From assembly GCF_001194135.2 (NCBI RefSeq), contig NC_068986.1, positions 92,036,872-92,086,957 on the forward strand: a DNA stretch of 50,086 bases. The letters are read 5' to 3'. The notes beneath the pieces were generated by a model. The model saw nothing but the letters and a program-made list of their open reading frames with translations. It was not told the origin of the DNA and searched no databases. Shown piece after piece: positions 1 to 12,311 of this stretch. Position 1 is the stretch's first letter. Each line of letters opens with the position of its first letter. This DNA is from Octopus bimaculoides. Its lineage: Eukaryota. A program made the translations under genes and the position numbers.

Positions 1-57
<57 letters not shown>
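1..57. repeat. (AC)n microsatellite
   Basis: Pure AC run from the window start. Confidence 0.98.
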
Positions 58-60
<3 letters not shown>

Positions 61-185
61 GCAGGAATAGTTAAAAAGCAGTTCACTTCACGATAAGTGG
101 TAACTAGTTCGTTTTCAATGTGTACCATAACAGCTACTGGATAACATCTACTGAACATAAAAGTCTTTTGAGTGAAAGAAAAGAA

Positions 186-800
186 TGCTTTAACTTTTAC
201 TGGTTTTAGCGAAAGTATGTGGCCACGCTAGAGCACCACCTTTTGTGTGATTGGTTTTTATTTCACATTCATTTCCCGATACTCTCTTCGGAACTGCTTC
301 TAGGGAAGTTGCGAATTGGACAGCGCTGCACTTCTTTGTATTAAATGCCACGATGCAGGTTCATCTGGTACCTCAGATGAATATTTATCCAAATGTTCAT
401 TGAAAAGAATCACATCTACACCTCACTGATCTCTAAGGTTGTTTAGCACTGTATTGAAAAGTTGTGGGCCCTTAAAATCTAAGCTGTGACAGTACTGTGT
501 TCTCACTCTACATGGAAAGGGTGGGTCTTTGTTACTATGTAATGACGTCTAGTACGCCAGTTGGTATATTGTTCGATTCCAAATTTGGAAGCTAGACCTT
601 TCAGGATTTTCCATGTATATATCACTACAAATCTGTCGCGTCTTCTCTCTAGGGAGTAGAGCCTCAATTCTTTTTAGTCCGTCCATCAGCTCATCTGTTG
701 CACCGAGTTCTTTGTATAGTGGCATTGGATTGTTAGTTTGCTACCTTGGAGTGATCACACTTGGGAGCAGTAATATTCTCTACAGGAGTAGCATGGTATC
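186..800 (-). mobile_element. Degenerate CR1-clade LINE 3' end (ORF2 C-terminus plus 3' tail)
   Basis: Manual minus-strand translation across stops and frameshifts gives EYYCSQV*S, LRLYSLERRRDRFVVIYTWKILKGL, SLDFKGPQLFNTV and HLDKYSSEVPDEP, typical CR1/L2-group ORF2 C-terminal motifs. A tail follows at about 186-244. Confidence 0.75.
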
Positions 801-1183
801 TTTTTTTCTCTTGTTCTGAATGATTTCAGAATCCAATCAGTCACTCGGCTGTGGAGCCACATTCAAAGGGCCATCCTTGACAAGGCTAATTTAAATTTAA
901 TGTGTAAGCAATCCTGTTAAGTTCAGGATTCCCTTGAACAATATCACTATTCAAACGTTGCAAGCAAGTAAAAAAATACAAGATGATACTAAATACTCTA
1001 CATATTACATGTTTTTGAAGTTGGGTCTTTATTTCTTATAAATTTCGTTGGTGCTTTGAGAAGTGTTAGATAGACAAATCATTGACACACCAGTAGCGAT
1101 AGTCAAAATAAAATAAACAGACGGTGAGGGCTTAAGACAAACATATTTCTTAGATGTACGCATGTACGTCGTTAGTATGTGCA

Positions 1184-1185
<2 letters not shown>

Positions 1186-1219
<34 letters not shown>

Positions 1220-1464
1220 ATGTGTGTTTGTAGATGAGTGTTCGTGATTAATTTTTTCAAACTTTCACGTATTTACCGTGATTCAGCTTGTGCACGTATC
1301 ACATATATTTTTTTGGATTCATGTCTATATATGTGTCTGTATACATATTCATACATACACACATCCATCTCTTATATATATATATATATATTTACACACA
1401 CATAACACCCATATACATTAGTCCACACCCACTCACACATACATATTATATAGATAGATAGCTA

Positions 1465-1497
<33 letters not shown>

Positions 1498-1501
1498 TAG
1501 T

Positions 1502-1534
<33 letters not shown>

Positions 1535-2545
1535 TCTATACAGCTCCTTCGCAACATGTTTTAGGTCTGTATATCACTGTGTGCATCTGGTTATCTGACT
1601 CTGTTCTGGGATGCTTGGGTGTGTGTGTATGTCAATGTTCTTCTGTGTGTATATGTGTGGGTGCGTGTGTTCGTGTGTGTGTGTATATCAACTTGTCTAA
1701 TCGTGTGTAAAAGTATATGTATCTGCTTGTCTACCAGGATATACGAATTTTCATGTATGTATGTATGTATGTATGTATGTATGTATGTATCTATCTATCT
1801 ATCTATCTAGGTGTATGCATATNNNNNNNNNNNNNNNNNNNNNNNNNNNNNNNNNNNNNNNNNNNNNNNNNNNNNNNNNNNNNNNNNNNNNNNNNNNNNN
1901 NNNNNNNNNNNNNNNNNNNNNNNNNNNNNNNNNNNNNNNNNNNNNNNNNNNNNNNNNNNNNNNNNNNNNNNNNNNNNNNNNNNNNNNNNNNNNNNNNNNN
2001 NNNNNNNNNNNNNNNNNNNNNNNNNNNNNNNNNNNNNNNNNNNNNNNNNNNNNNNNNNNNNNNNNNNNNNNNNNNNNNNNNNNNNNNNNNNNNNNNNNNN
2101 NNNNNNNNNNNNNNNNNNNNNNNNNNNNNNNTGTAACTATATATGTGTATGTATCTGTGAATGTTTGAGCTAATATTTATGTATATACGGGTATATATTT
2201 ATGTGTATATATATATTAATGTGTATATATATATATTAATGTGTATATATGTATATATATATATGTGTGTGTGTGTGTATATATTTATGCATGTGTATGT
2301 GTGAATATTTCTTACGAACAGAAGCGACGTTGGGTATTTATTATCTCTGCCAGATGACATTTATTGTCATTATTTAACATAAACTCACACATACACCTAC
2401 ATACTCACGTACAAGCATACATACATACATACATACATACATACATGCATACATATATACACACATACATACATACATACATACATGCATACATACAGAT
2501 AAATTGACAGATAGACAGGCAGATACACACGAACACACACACATA
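1186..2545. repeat. Dense microsatellite zone: (TG)n, (TA)n, (CA)n, (ATGT)n, (ATCT)n, (ATAC)n around a gap
   Basis: Directly visible runs; explains the low-complexity ORFs here. Confidence 0.95.
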
Positions 2546-2554
2546 TATATCCGT

Positions 2555-2818
2555 GAAGGCGCATGGCTCAGTGTTTACAGCGTCGAGCTTACGATCGTGA
2601 GGTTGTGTGTTCGATACCCAGACCGGGCTGCGCGTTGTGTTCTTGAGCCAGACGCTTTATTTCACGTTGCTCCAGTTCACTCAGCTGTAGAAATGAGTTG
2701 CGACGTCACAGGTGCCAATCTGTATTGGCCTTTGCTTTTCCTTTGGATAACATCGGTGGCGTGAAGAGGGGAGGCGGGTATGCATGGGCGACTGCTGGTC
2801 TTCTATAAACAACTTTGC
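2555..2818 (+). mobile_element. tRNA-derived SINE, working family D (3'-truncated)
   Basis: A-box-like TGGCTCAGTG, B-box-like GTTCGATACC, central domain TTCTTGAGCCAGACGCTTTATTTCACGTTGCTCCAGTTCACTCAGCTGTAGAAATGAGT shared with 33135-33393; 3' part matches 3662-3803. Confidence 0.85.
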
Positions 2819-3162
2819 GACTAAGCTTATACAAAAGTACCATTATTATTATTATTTACAGGATTGTAAAACACAGCACCGTATTAAAAACCATTTGCAC
2901 CGAAAGCATATAGAAAGATTGTTTACATAAAAACAAATACGAACTAATATAGTTCTTAAATTTGACTGAAACGGGGAGGCTAATTCGCTGGTGTAAAGGT
3001 AACACAATTAGTCGCGTTAACAAAGAAATGTGGGTGCGAGCCTCACGCAGATAGGCAAGCTTTTTTTTTTCTGTCGCGGGCTTATATGCCCCTTTATTAG
3101 ACTATTTTCTTTAGTCATTGCACGGTGATCGCCATAAGCTTTAAGCTTATATAAAAAATATC

Positions 3163-3207
<45 letters not shown>

Positions 3208-3661
3208 GCACACACACACATACACGCGCGCAGATAACTACACCTGGTTGACACAATGTTCTACTTTGAGCAATAGTATAGTATTCTTCCATATTTGCAC
3301 AATGCATTCTAAGTAAAATCCTTGTTTTCATCTCAGGTCTTTGACGAAAATGATTTAAGATCTTCCAGAGAAAGCTTTCTTCTTACAAATATATGTTTTT
3401 CATTTTCCGGTTTGTTGCACTATATTTTCCGACAAAGAAAATTTTTATTCAGCGTCGTTAGTTTGTGTTTTACTGTAATTAATTTTCCCCAAAAGGTGCA
3501 GCGTCTAAGTATCTCAGCACATTTCTGTAAGATGTTGGCGTTGTTGTGAATTTACATCATACGGTGATAGATAAATGTTCGTTTCTGCGGCGTAGACTGA
3601 TATTTCCTTCTAGTGTTGTTATTCACTTGGGTTGCTTACCGCGAACATTTCAGGCGTTTTC

Positions 3662-3803
3662 TAACATCGGTGGCGTGGAGAGGGGAGCCTGGTATGCATG
3701 GGTGACTGCTGGTTTTCTATAAACATCTTGCATGGACTTGTGCCTCTGAGGGGAACATTCTAGGTGCAATCCCATGGTCATTTATGGCTCTTTTTACCCT
3801 TTA
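3662..3803 (+). mobile_element. SINE family D, 3' fragment
   Basis: TAACATCGGTGGCGTG...GGTATGCATGGG.GACTGCTGGT..TCTATAAACA nearly identical to 2749-2812. Confidence 0.8.
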
Positions 3804-4405
3804 AACAAGTTGTGTGGTCGAAATTATATAATGGCAACATGGTTTAAGTTTGGATGAAATTCATCTCAATAATTTTTCCACCGCTTCATAGAACCGATAA
3901 TCTTTACAGACTTTTCATAGCACAAAAATAGATATTGATTTGAAAGTAAACCCAAGTGACTTGAGAATATGGTTGGCATTTTGTAATCAATGCCAGCCAT
4001 AATCCCAAATAATGAAAATCAGTCTTTGTAATCCATTCCGAATAATATTAATTTAGTGAATATAAGGTGTTTTTCTTGTTTATAACAGAAAAATGAAAAC
4101 TCCATTTACTCTAGGCTGGGTTAGATCGGCATAATTGTAGCGGAAAATGTTCAAACACTCATTTTAAACGGCCCTCTAAGCTAAACCTGCACGTCTGTTT
4201 TGACGGCAACATATGTACGTTATGCATGAGTTTTATGTGTATGTATGTATGCGATAAGAATTGCAAGAGCGTTATTGTGCATGCCAAACTTATATCATCA
4301 GATATGTATATGTAAGTTTATGTATAAATATGTCATTATGTATATATGTGTACGTGGGTGAATCTATGCGTTTACGATTAGTTATCTTAAACTTTTAGAT
4401 ATCTA

Positions 4406-4418
4406 TGTGTGTGTGTGT

Positions 4419-4476
<58 letters not shown>

Positions 4477-4486
4477 NNNNNNNNNN

Positions 4487-4521
<35 letters not shown>
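4406..4521. repeat. (TG)n(TC)n compound microsatellite with a small gap
   Basis: Visible runs. Confidence 0.95.
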
Positions 4522-4526
<5 letters not shown>

Positions 4527-4765
4527 GGGTGTGAGCGTGTGTATGTGCGTTTATGTCGCCTCTTCCCCTCTCCTGTTTTTCGACTGAAATATTTTGTGGG
4601 TATGCTAAATAGCTCGGCACATCTTTTAATGCCAAATATTTAAATTCACTCTCAGAAACTTAGTAGACACACAGACACACTTACTGACACAAATTTAGTG
4701 ACAGACGGACTTGAATTCTCGCATACAGATACTACCAAACATATATAAACACCAAGTGCTCGCAC

Positions 4766-4806
<41 letters not shown>

Positions 4807-5536
4807 CACATACACACACATGCACATACACACACACAGACACACAGACACACACACGCACATGTACACCGAGATGCTACGAGTCCCTAGAATCTCAGAT
4901 TTTCGCATATAAAACGATTGCTCGTATACACATGCACGTATACATACATTCACTTCAATACATACACAAATATATGTACACATAGAAGCACATATACTAA
5001 GATAAAACTAGGCAGAAGATTGATGAACACAGACTGTACTAGCTGGAAAATATACATACATACATACATACATACATACATACATACATACATACATACA
5101 TACATACATACAAACATACATGCATGCATGCTTACATACATGCTAGACATAGAAAAATACAGGAGAAGAAACATCTATGGAACACTGATAAAGAGTTTTC
5201 GAATCTAGTTCCTAAAATACACTTTCAGCTTTATATCTATTATTATTGGAGCAACAAGATATATACCAACCCCTTCTGGAACAAAGTATGGTTGAACTTG
5301 GCTTCTTGAAGAGGGAATTCAAACGCTGCAATTGATCGCGATATCTTGAGCAATAAATATCTGAAAAGCCTTCTTAAGATTTGAAAGAAGATGAACAAAA
5401 CAAGATGCTTTCCTTCCCAACTTTTTCACCAAGCAGGTGGCCGGTTAAAATTTGCTCTAAATTAAAAAATCGGGAAAAGAAACCAGCCGACCTCCCTACC
5501 TCCCTACATACATGCATAATACATACATACATAGAG

Positions 5537-6055
5537 CAGTGTTTCTCAACCATTTTTTTTTTTTTACCTATGAATCCCTTTGATTACTATTTTACTTGGA
5601 TGGATCCTCCTAGCCATTCGATGTTCAAACAAGAGAATTGCAGCAAAGCCGCGTGATAATGGTATCAGACGTAGCATGCAGACCATCATATAACTTGTTT
5701 AACATGGGCATTGCGTTTTATTTTTCTCTTCCGATTTATTTTGACGTGCACATTGCGTTTTTATCCTTCTCTTCCATTTTACGAATCCAGTGTCCACATG
5801 CGCATTACGTGTTCATACTTCTCTTTCCGGTTCTTACTCAAAACTTTTTACAGATCACAACCATCGCACGAACCTGCGTTCGGGAGGAGCGCATCGTGCT
5901 CCGATGGTTGTGAAAAAGTCGTATTTTTATAATTTAATATTATTAGGAATTATATTTTTAAAATTCTTAAAATATTTTGTGCATTAGTGAAGTTTGAACA
6001 ACAAAATTTTATGTGAACCCCAAGGATCATATGGAAACCGGTTGAGAACCACTTG
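5537..6055. mobile_element. Non-autonomous hAT (Charlie-like) MITE, about 520 bp
   Basis: Terminal inverted repeats CAGTGTTTCTCAACC (5537) and GGTTGAGAACCACTTG (6040-6055). Flanks ACATAGAG and (G)ATTAGAG resemble a decayed 8-bp TA-centred TSD. No coding capacity. Confidence 0.7.
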
Positions 6056-6600
6056 ATTAGAGAGACAGTGACGATTTTGTAAAACATTTCAGGGATTCTC
6101 CACTAGAAGTTCCTGGGTGAACATATGTACACAATCCCATATATATANNNNNNNNNNNNNNNNNNNNNNNNNNNNNNNNNNNNNNNNNNNNNNNNNNNNN
6201 NNNNNNNNNNNNNNNNNNNNNNNNNNNNNNNNNNNNNNNNNNNNNNNNNNNNNNNNNNNNNNNNNNNNNNNTATATATATATATATATATATGGGATATG
6301 TATACATACACACATATAAACAGTAATGAAACATAAGCATTTCTGTTCTCTTTTGACACGTAAATTCAGAAGTTCAAGTTTACCCACAGCTACATATATA
6401 CACTTGACGAGAACACATATATGATGCATATAATACATACATCAACCAATTAAATTAACCAGAATCTGCCAAGTGGTGTCTTGACATTAACAAAGAAGGC
6501 TTGTCACTCTGTTAATGACCAGCTTGAATTCTGCAAAAGAAGAAAAAAACTTAAAATAAATCCCAAGGAAATAAACATACATAAATACATATATCAATAC

Positions 6601-6950
6601 AGGCGCAGGCATAGCTGTGTGGTAAGAAGCTGGCTTCCCAACCACATGGTTCTGGGTTCAGCCCCATCACGTGACATCTTGGGCTTCTACTATAGCTTCG
6701 GGTCGATCAAAGCATGGTGAGTGGATTTGGTAGACGGAAACTGAAAGAAGCCCGTCATATGTGTGTGTGTGTGTGTGTCTTTGTGTCTGTGCTTGTCCCC
6801 CGTTCCCACACTTGACAACTGGTATTGGTGTGTTTACGTACCAGAAGCCTAGCGGTTAGCCAAAAGTGACCGATAGAATAAGTACCAGGCTTAAACAATA
6901 TGTACTGCGGTCAATTCATTCGACTAAAAATTCTTCAAAATGGAGCCTCA
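6601..6950 (+). mobile_element. tRNA-derived SINE, working family A
   Basis: Head AGGCGCAGGCATAGCTGTGTGGTAAGAAGC, B-box-like GGTTCAGCCC, internal (TG)n; colinear with 16624-17031. Confidence 0.85.
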
Positions 6951-6970
6951 GATAAAAATAGATACACATA

Positions 6971-7365
6971 GCAGCAGGAGTGGCTGTGCGGTAAGGAGGT
7001 TGCTTCCCAACCACCTGGTTCCGGGTTCAGTCTCACTGCGTGGCAATTTGGAACAGTGTCTCCTACTATAGCCTCGGGCCGACCAAGTGTGAGTGGATTT
7101 GGCAGAAGGAAACTGAGAGAAGCCCGTCGTTAACATAATATATATGTATGTATTTGTGTGTCTGTTTGTCCCCCCACCATCGCTTGACAACCGATGCTGG
7201 TGTGCTTACGTCTCCGTAACTTAGCGGTTCGGCAAAAGAGACAGATAGAATAAGTACTAGGCCTACAAAGAATAAGTCTTGAGGTCGATTAGTTCAACTA
7301 AAGGCGGTGCTCCAGCATGGCCGCAGTCAAATGACCGAAACAAGTAAAAGAATAAAAAAATAAAG
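6971..7365 (+). mobile_element. SINE family A, full length
   Basis: Colinear with 16624-17031; tail GGCGGTGCTCCAGCATGGCCGCAGTCAAATGACCGAAACAAGTAAAAGAATAAAA. Confidence 0.9.
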
Positions 7366-7399
7366 ACATACACACGCATACATGCATGCATGTAAGCAG

Positions 7400-7725
7400 A
7401 CAAAGGGAAGTGTACACAGCATTAGAAATCTGTTTGTGACAGACATTAACATAATTCTAACGATAAAAGAAAATGAAAATATTTATGTCAAGCCTATGAG
7501 AACTATGCAGATAGTGCAACCGGACTGCAACTCTGGATTTATATCTATGATTATTGGGACACTTGGCTATGTAACTAACTGCATCGGCGCCAATCTCGAG
7601 AAACTTTTATCACAAAACCAGAAAAGATACGGCTTATTAAACGACTGCAATTACCAGCCATTATTGTGAAAATATGTAAAGCAACTGTGAAAACATGTAA
7701 AACATTCCAGAAGTTTAGCATGTAA
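7400..7725 (+). mobile_element. Degenerate R4/Dong-like non-LTR retrotransposon 3' end (restriction-like endonuclease region)
   Basis: ORF 7382-7669 KENENIYVKPMRTMQIVQPDCNSGFISMIIGTLGYVTNC, then frameshifted TVKTCKTFQKFSM*; fits the REL C-terminal pattern EK..Y..L...PI(I/V)GALG...TVKICKTF. Confidence 0.6.
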
Positions 7726-8160
7726 TATGTATATGTAAACATGTGTATTGTAGTAGATATACGTTAAGTCGAAACATACAAATCCTTACATGCAATGATA
7801 TCTATGCTTTAACACATGCAAACATGTGCAGACACATACATACATACATACATACATACATACATACATACATACATAAATTCATCCATGCACGTATATA
7901 CAAACTTAATTACTTAGTTAATGCTAACTCCAATGAGACGACCTTGTTTCTCTGTTGGAGACCGACTCTTACTCTGTTGGTGAGAAATATAATAAATAGA
8001 AACTGGAAATATATGTACGCACGTTCACACATGTACGCGCGTGCGCACAAACATACATACATACATACATACATACACAAACACACACTCACACGCACAC
8101 ACTTGTATGTGAATCTATCCGCATACCTATCAGTGAAAATGTCTACCCATGTGAATGTTT

Positions 8161-8192
<32 letters not shown>

Positions 8193-8574
8193 TGTATGTA
8201 TGTATGTATGTATGTATGTATATCTACATGCCTCTATACTTTTATGTGTACACATGTATCCGTGTAAACATATGTATATATGATAAATGTGTGTCTATAT
8301 GTTTTAATATTTTTATAAGTGTTTATACATACTTGTGTATTCATATCTCTATCAACTTACGTTTAGCAGAAATTGGGCTTACGAGAATTGAGGTCAGCTA
8401 CATCTAGGGTGTATACATATATATACATGTGTGTTTGTGCATGCGTATGTGCGTGCGTATTTTATTTATGATTTATCAGCTACGTACGTTTCAAATAGAC
8501 TAGCATATCCCAAAATGTTGCGATGCAACATTTATGCACAACTTAATCGATCTCGTATTTAATCGATTAAAATG

Positions 8575-8625
<51 letters not shown>

Positions 8626-9200
8626 NNNNNNNNNNNNNNNNNNNNNNNNNNNNNNNNNNNNNNNNNNNNNNNNNNNNNNNNNNNNNNNNNNNNNNNNNNN
8701 NNNNNNNNNNNNNNNNNNNNNNNNNNNNNNNNNNNNNNNNNNNNNNNNNNNNNNNNNNNNNNNNNNNNNNNNNNNNNNNNNNNNNNNNNNNNNNNNNNNN
8801 NNNNNNNNNNNNNNNNNNNNNNNNNNNNNNNNNNNNNNNNNNNNNNNNNNNNNNNNNNNNNNNNNNNNNNNNNNNNNNNNNNNNNNNNNNNNNNNNNNNN
8901 NNNNNNNNNNNNNNNNNNNNNNNNNNNNNNNNNNNNNNNNNNNNNNNNNNNNNNNNNNNNNNNNNNNNNNNNNNNNNNNNNNNNNNNNNNNNNNNNNNNN
9001 NNNNNNNNNNNNNNNNNNNNNNNNNNNNNNNNNNNNNNNNNNNNNNNNNNNNNNNNNNNNNNNNNNNNNNNNNNNNNNNNNNNNNNNNNNNNNNNNNNNN
9101 NNNNNNNNNNNNNNNNNNNNNNNNNNNNNNNNNNNNNNNNNNNNNNNNNNNNNNNNNNNNNNNNNNNNNNNNNNNNNNNNNNNNNNNNNNNNNNNNNNNN

Positions 9201-9264
9201 AAGTAAATATTGACTTTTTTTCTTTCCTTTAAAAATCGGCACGAACTTTCCGGACAACCCAATA
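9201..9264. mobile_element. Terminal end of a mariner element (remainder probably in the gap)
   Basis: Reverse complement of 9231-9264 is TATTGGGTTGTCCGGAAAGTTCGTGCCGATTTTT, a mariner-type TIR ending in TA. Confidence 0.65.
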
Positions 9265-9825
9265 GAATTGCAATTTAATACGTAGTGAATCCAAGCAAAC
9301 CAGGCAGTTAGATGAAACAAACCAGTCGTGACTCCGGCATTCGGGCTGTTCGAGCTTAGCCCGAGTATAAATTTAGTAAAGTGAACATGTATTTGCAAGC
9401 TGATTTAATCTCTGCCAACACTAACTTCAAGTATGTAATTGCAGCCAATAGCTCGGGCTCCTTTTATAAATATGCACGCATACACAGACAACACGCACAC
9501 ACACACAGACATACGCATACACACACATATACAAATATACGGATAGAGGAAGACAGGTTGAATCAATGAGAATCCCGAAGGAAAAATATTAGGGAAGATG
9601 GTACTCATTAAATTGAATATTCCATTTCATATTAGAATACTATATATCATTACGGATAATTAGATTCCAAATTAAAGTAAGATAGATCAGGTAAAGCAAT
9701 TTTAAAAATGTAAGATATAAAATAAAATTCTAAATTAAATCCGAGAATACTTGCTCTACCTGATATTTGTTATTTTATAAGATGATGTAGTATGTCATAA
9801 GTAAGTTAATCCTTAGAAAAATATA

Positions 9826-10290
9826 GGGCGCCGAGCTAGCAGAATCGCTAGCACGCCGATAAGGCGGCGAGCTGGCAGAAACGTTAGCCCGCCGGGCGAA
9901 ATGCTTAGCGGTATTTTGTCTGCTGCTACGTTCTGAGTTCAAATTCCACCGAGGTCGACTTTGCCTTTCATCCTTTCGGGGTCGATAAATTAAGTACCAG
10001 TTACGCACTGGAGTCGATATTACCGACTTAACCCGTTGTCTGTCCTTCTTTGTCCCCTCTGTGTGTGGCCTCTTGGGGGCAGTAAAGAAATAAGAAACGT
10101 TAGCACACCGGGCGAAATGCTTAGCGGTATTTCGTCTGTCGTTACATTCTGAGTTCAAATTCCGCCAAGGTCGACTTTGCATTTCATCCTTTCGGGGTCG
10201 ATAAATTAAGTACCGGTTGCGTACTGGAGTCGATGTAATCGACTTAATCCCTCCTTCAAAATTTCGGGCCTTATGCCTAGTATAGAAAAG
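9826..10290 (+). mobile_element. Nested SINE family B: a B2-tail copy (9861-10092) inside a B1-tail copy
   Basis: Two B bodies (GAGTTCAAATTCC.CC.AGGTCGACTTTGC.TTTCATCCTTTCGGGGTCG); outer TSD AATCCTTAGAAAAATATA at 9808-9825 and 10291-10310. Confidence 0.85.
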
Positions 10291-10687
10291 AATCCTTAGA
10301 AAAAAATATATACTATATTATAAAAGTATTAATTCTATTTAGAAATTAAAAATTAAATGAAAATTTCTTTTTAAACAATATAATTAAAAATTAAANNNNN
10401 NNNNNNNNNNNNNNNNNNNNNNNNNNNNNNNNNNNNNNNNNNNNNNNNNNNNNNNNNNNNNNNNNNNNNNNNNNNNNNNNNNNNNNNNNNNNNNNNNNNN
10501 NNNNNNNNNNNNNNNNNAAGATAATTAAAAACGATATAATTCTATTTACCAAATTATACTATCTATACTAAATATAGTAAAAAGCAGAAACGATGTTATA
10601 GTAACCATTATTATATTTATTAAGGAAGGTTTTGATAAAACTTCTAAATAAATGAGCACAGCAATTCATCCTTTTTTTTTTTTAACT

Positions 10688-11045
10688 TTTACTCTTTTAC
10701 TCTTTTACTTGTTTTAGTCATTTGACTGTGGCCATGCTGGAGCACCGCCTTTTAGTCGAGCTAATCGACCTCAGGACTTATTCTTTGTAAGCCTAGTACT
10801 TATTCTATCTGTCTCTTTAGCCGAACCGCTAAGTTACGGGAACGTAAACACACCAGCATCGGTTGTCAAGCGATGTCGAAGGGACAAACACAGACACACA
10901 AACATATACACACACACACATATATGCCAAAGCTTCGGTCGGCCCGAGGCTATAATAGAAGACACTTGCCCGAGGTGTCATGCCATGGGATTGAACCTAG
11001 AACCATGTGTTTGGGAAGCAGCTTGTTACCACACAGCCACGCTCA
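10688..11045 (-). mobile_element. SINE family A with an internal deletion
   Basis: Reverse complement of family A; segment next to the internal microsatellite is missing. Confidence 0.88.
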
Positions 11046-11270
11046 TGAAGAAGATAAACAAAAAAAAAAACACAAAATAGCTTGAAAAAAAAAGGAAAAT
11101 GATCTTTGACGTTTCGGATATTAGAGTTCTTCACCACAAAAAAAAAAGAAAAGAAATAAAGAAGAATGGTTGCAAGGAGGGAAGAATGAAGAAAAAAAGG
11201 GATTAGGTGCCAAGCAGGAATGTAGTTCTACGGGAGGAGTTAAGTATACACACACACATACACACACATG

Positions 11271-11304
<34 letters not shown>

Positions 11305-12311
11305 CGCGCGCGCGCGCGTGTGTGCATGTGTGTGTGTGTAAGTAAAGACATACGTACATTCATNNNNNNNNNNNNNNNNNNNNNNNNNNNNNNNNNNNNN
11401 NNNNNNNNNNNNNNNNNNNNNNNNNNNNNNNNNNNNNNNNNNNNNNNNNNNNNNNNNNNNNNNNNNNNNNNNNNNNNNNNNNNNNNNNNNNNNNNNNNNN
11501 NNNNNNNNNNNNNNNNNNNNNNNNNNNNNNNNNNNNNNNNNNNNNNNNNNNNNNNNNNNNNNNNNNNNNNNNNNNNNNNNNNNNNNNNAAAAAAAAAAAA
11601 AAAAGAAAAATCAAAGTCAACACAACATTAACAACACCCATTCACTCACAACTCCCAAACTGACATTTTAACCTCTCCAACGCCGTTCTATTTATATATT
11701 ATTCTAATCACAAAACCAGACACGCAACTTCACAACCCTCATCCATCTGCCTACCAGCCCAAGCACACGCATCGCCGTACTAAAAATACAGTTGCAAATA
11801 AACATAGAAACAAACGCCTTAACAAGTAGACAAGTGGATGTAACTGCAGATCACACCTCGTACCTCAATCTTCAGAGCCGAATAAATACAACTTCCATTT
11901 AACTCTATAGCAAGCGGATTCCCATTAGGGATGACAGTTCAAGTAGTTCTGGTTATCGTGGAACATTGAATTTTTCAAAGTAAAGACTATTAACCAACAT
12001 AATGTAGCCGTCCTGAAATGGACGATTGTTAGTGTTGTTTAGTCCCAGGAAACATCGTTTCCACTTGGCTATACGACACAATATCTGTGTCCTTATATTT
12101 TCGAAAAGGGCATCCAGCACCCGATCCAGCACAAAGCAACATCTGTCGACCGGTTTCTGGGTTATTGCTCTTTATCAACATAGCGTAGCTGCTTGGCTAG
12201 GTGGCGTTGCTGAACTGAATTTTTCAATATCCATAATAAAATTGTTAGTTTTCAAATTTATTGTATTGTCTTTCTTGGAGGCAGACGTACTTAGTATACT
12301 ACGCATACACT

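Noticed and set aside
5260-5360. Exon-like open frame on the minus strand (also similar segments near 8360, 45796 and 46633)
   Set aside because: Weak or missing donor, or stops in the usable frames; no independent support
11990-12110. Fragment resembling 38915-39000 (TTTAGTCCCAGG / TTTAGCCCTAGG)
   Set aside because: The shared stretch is too short to define a repeat family from this window alone
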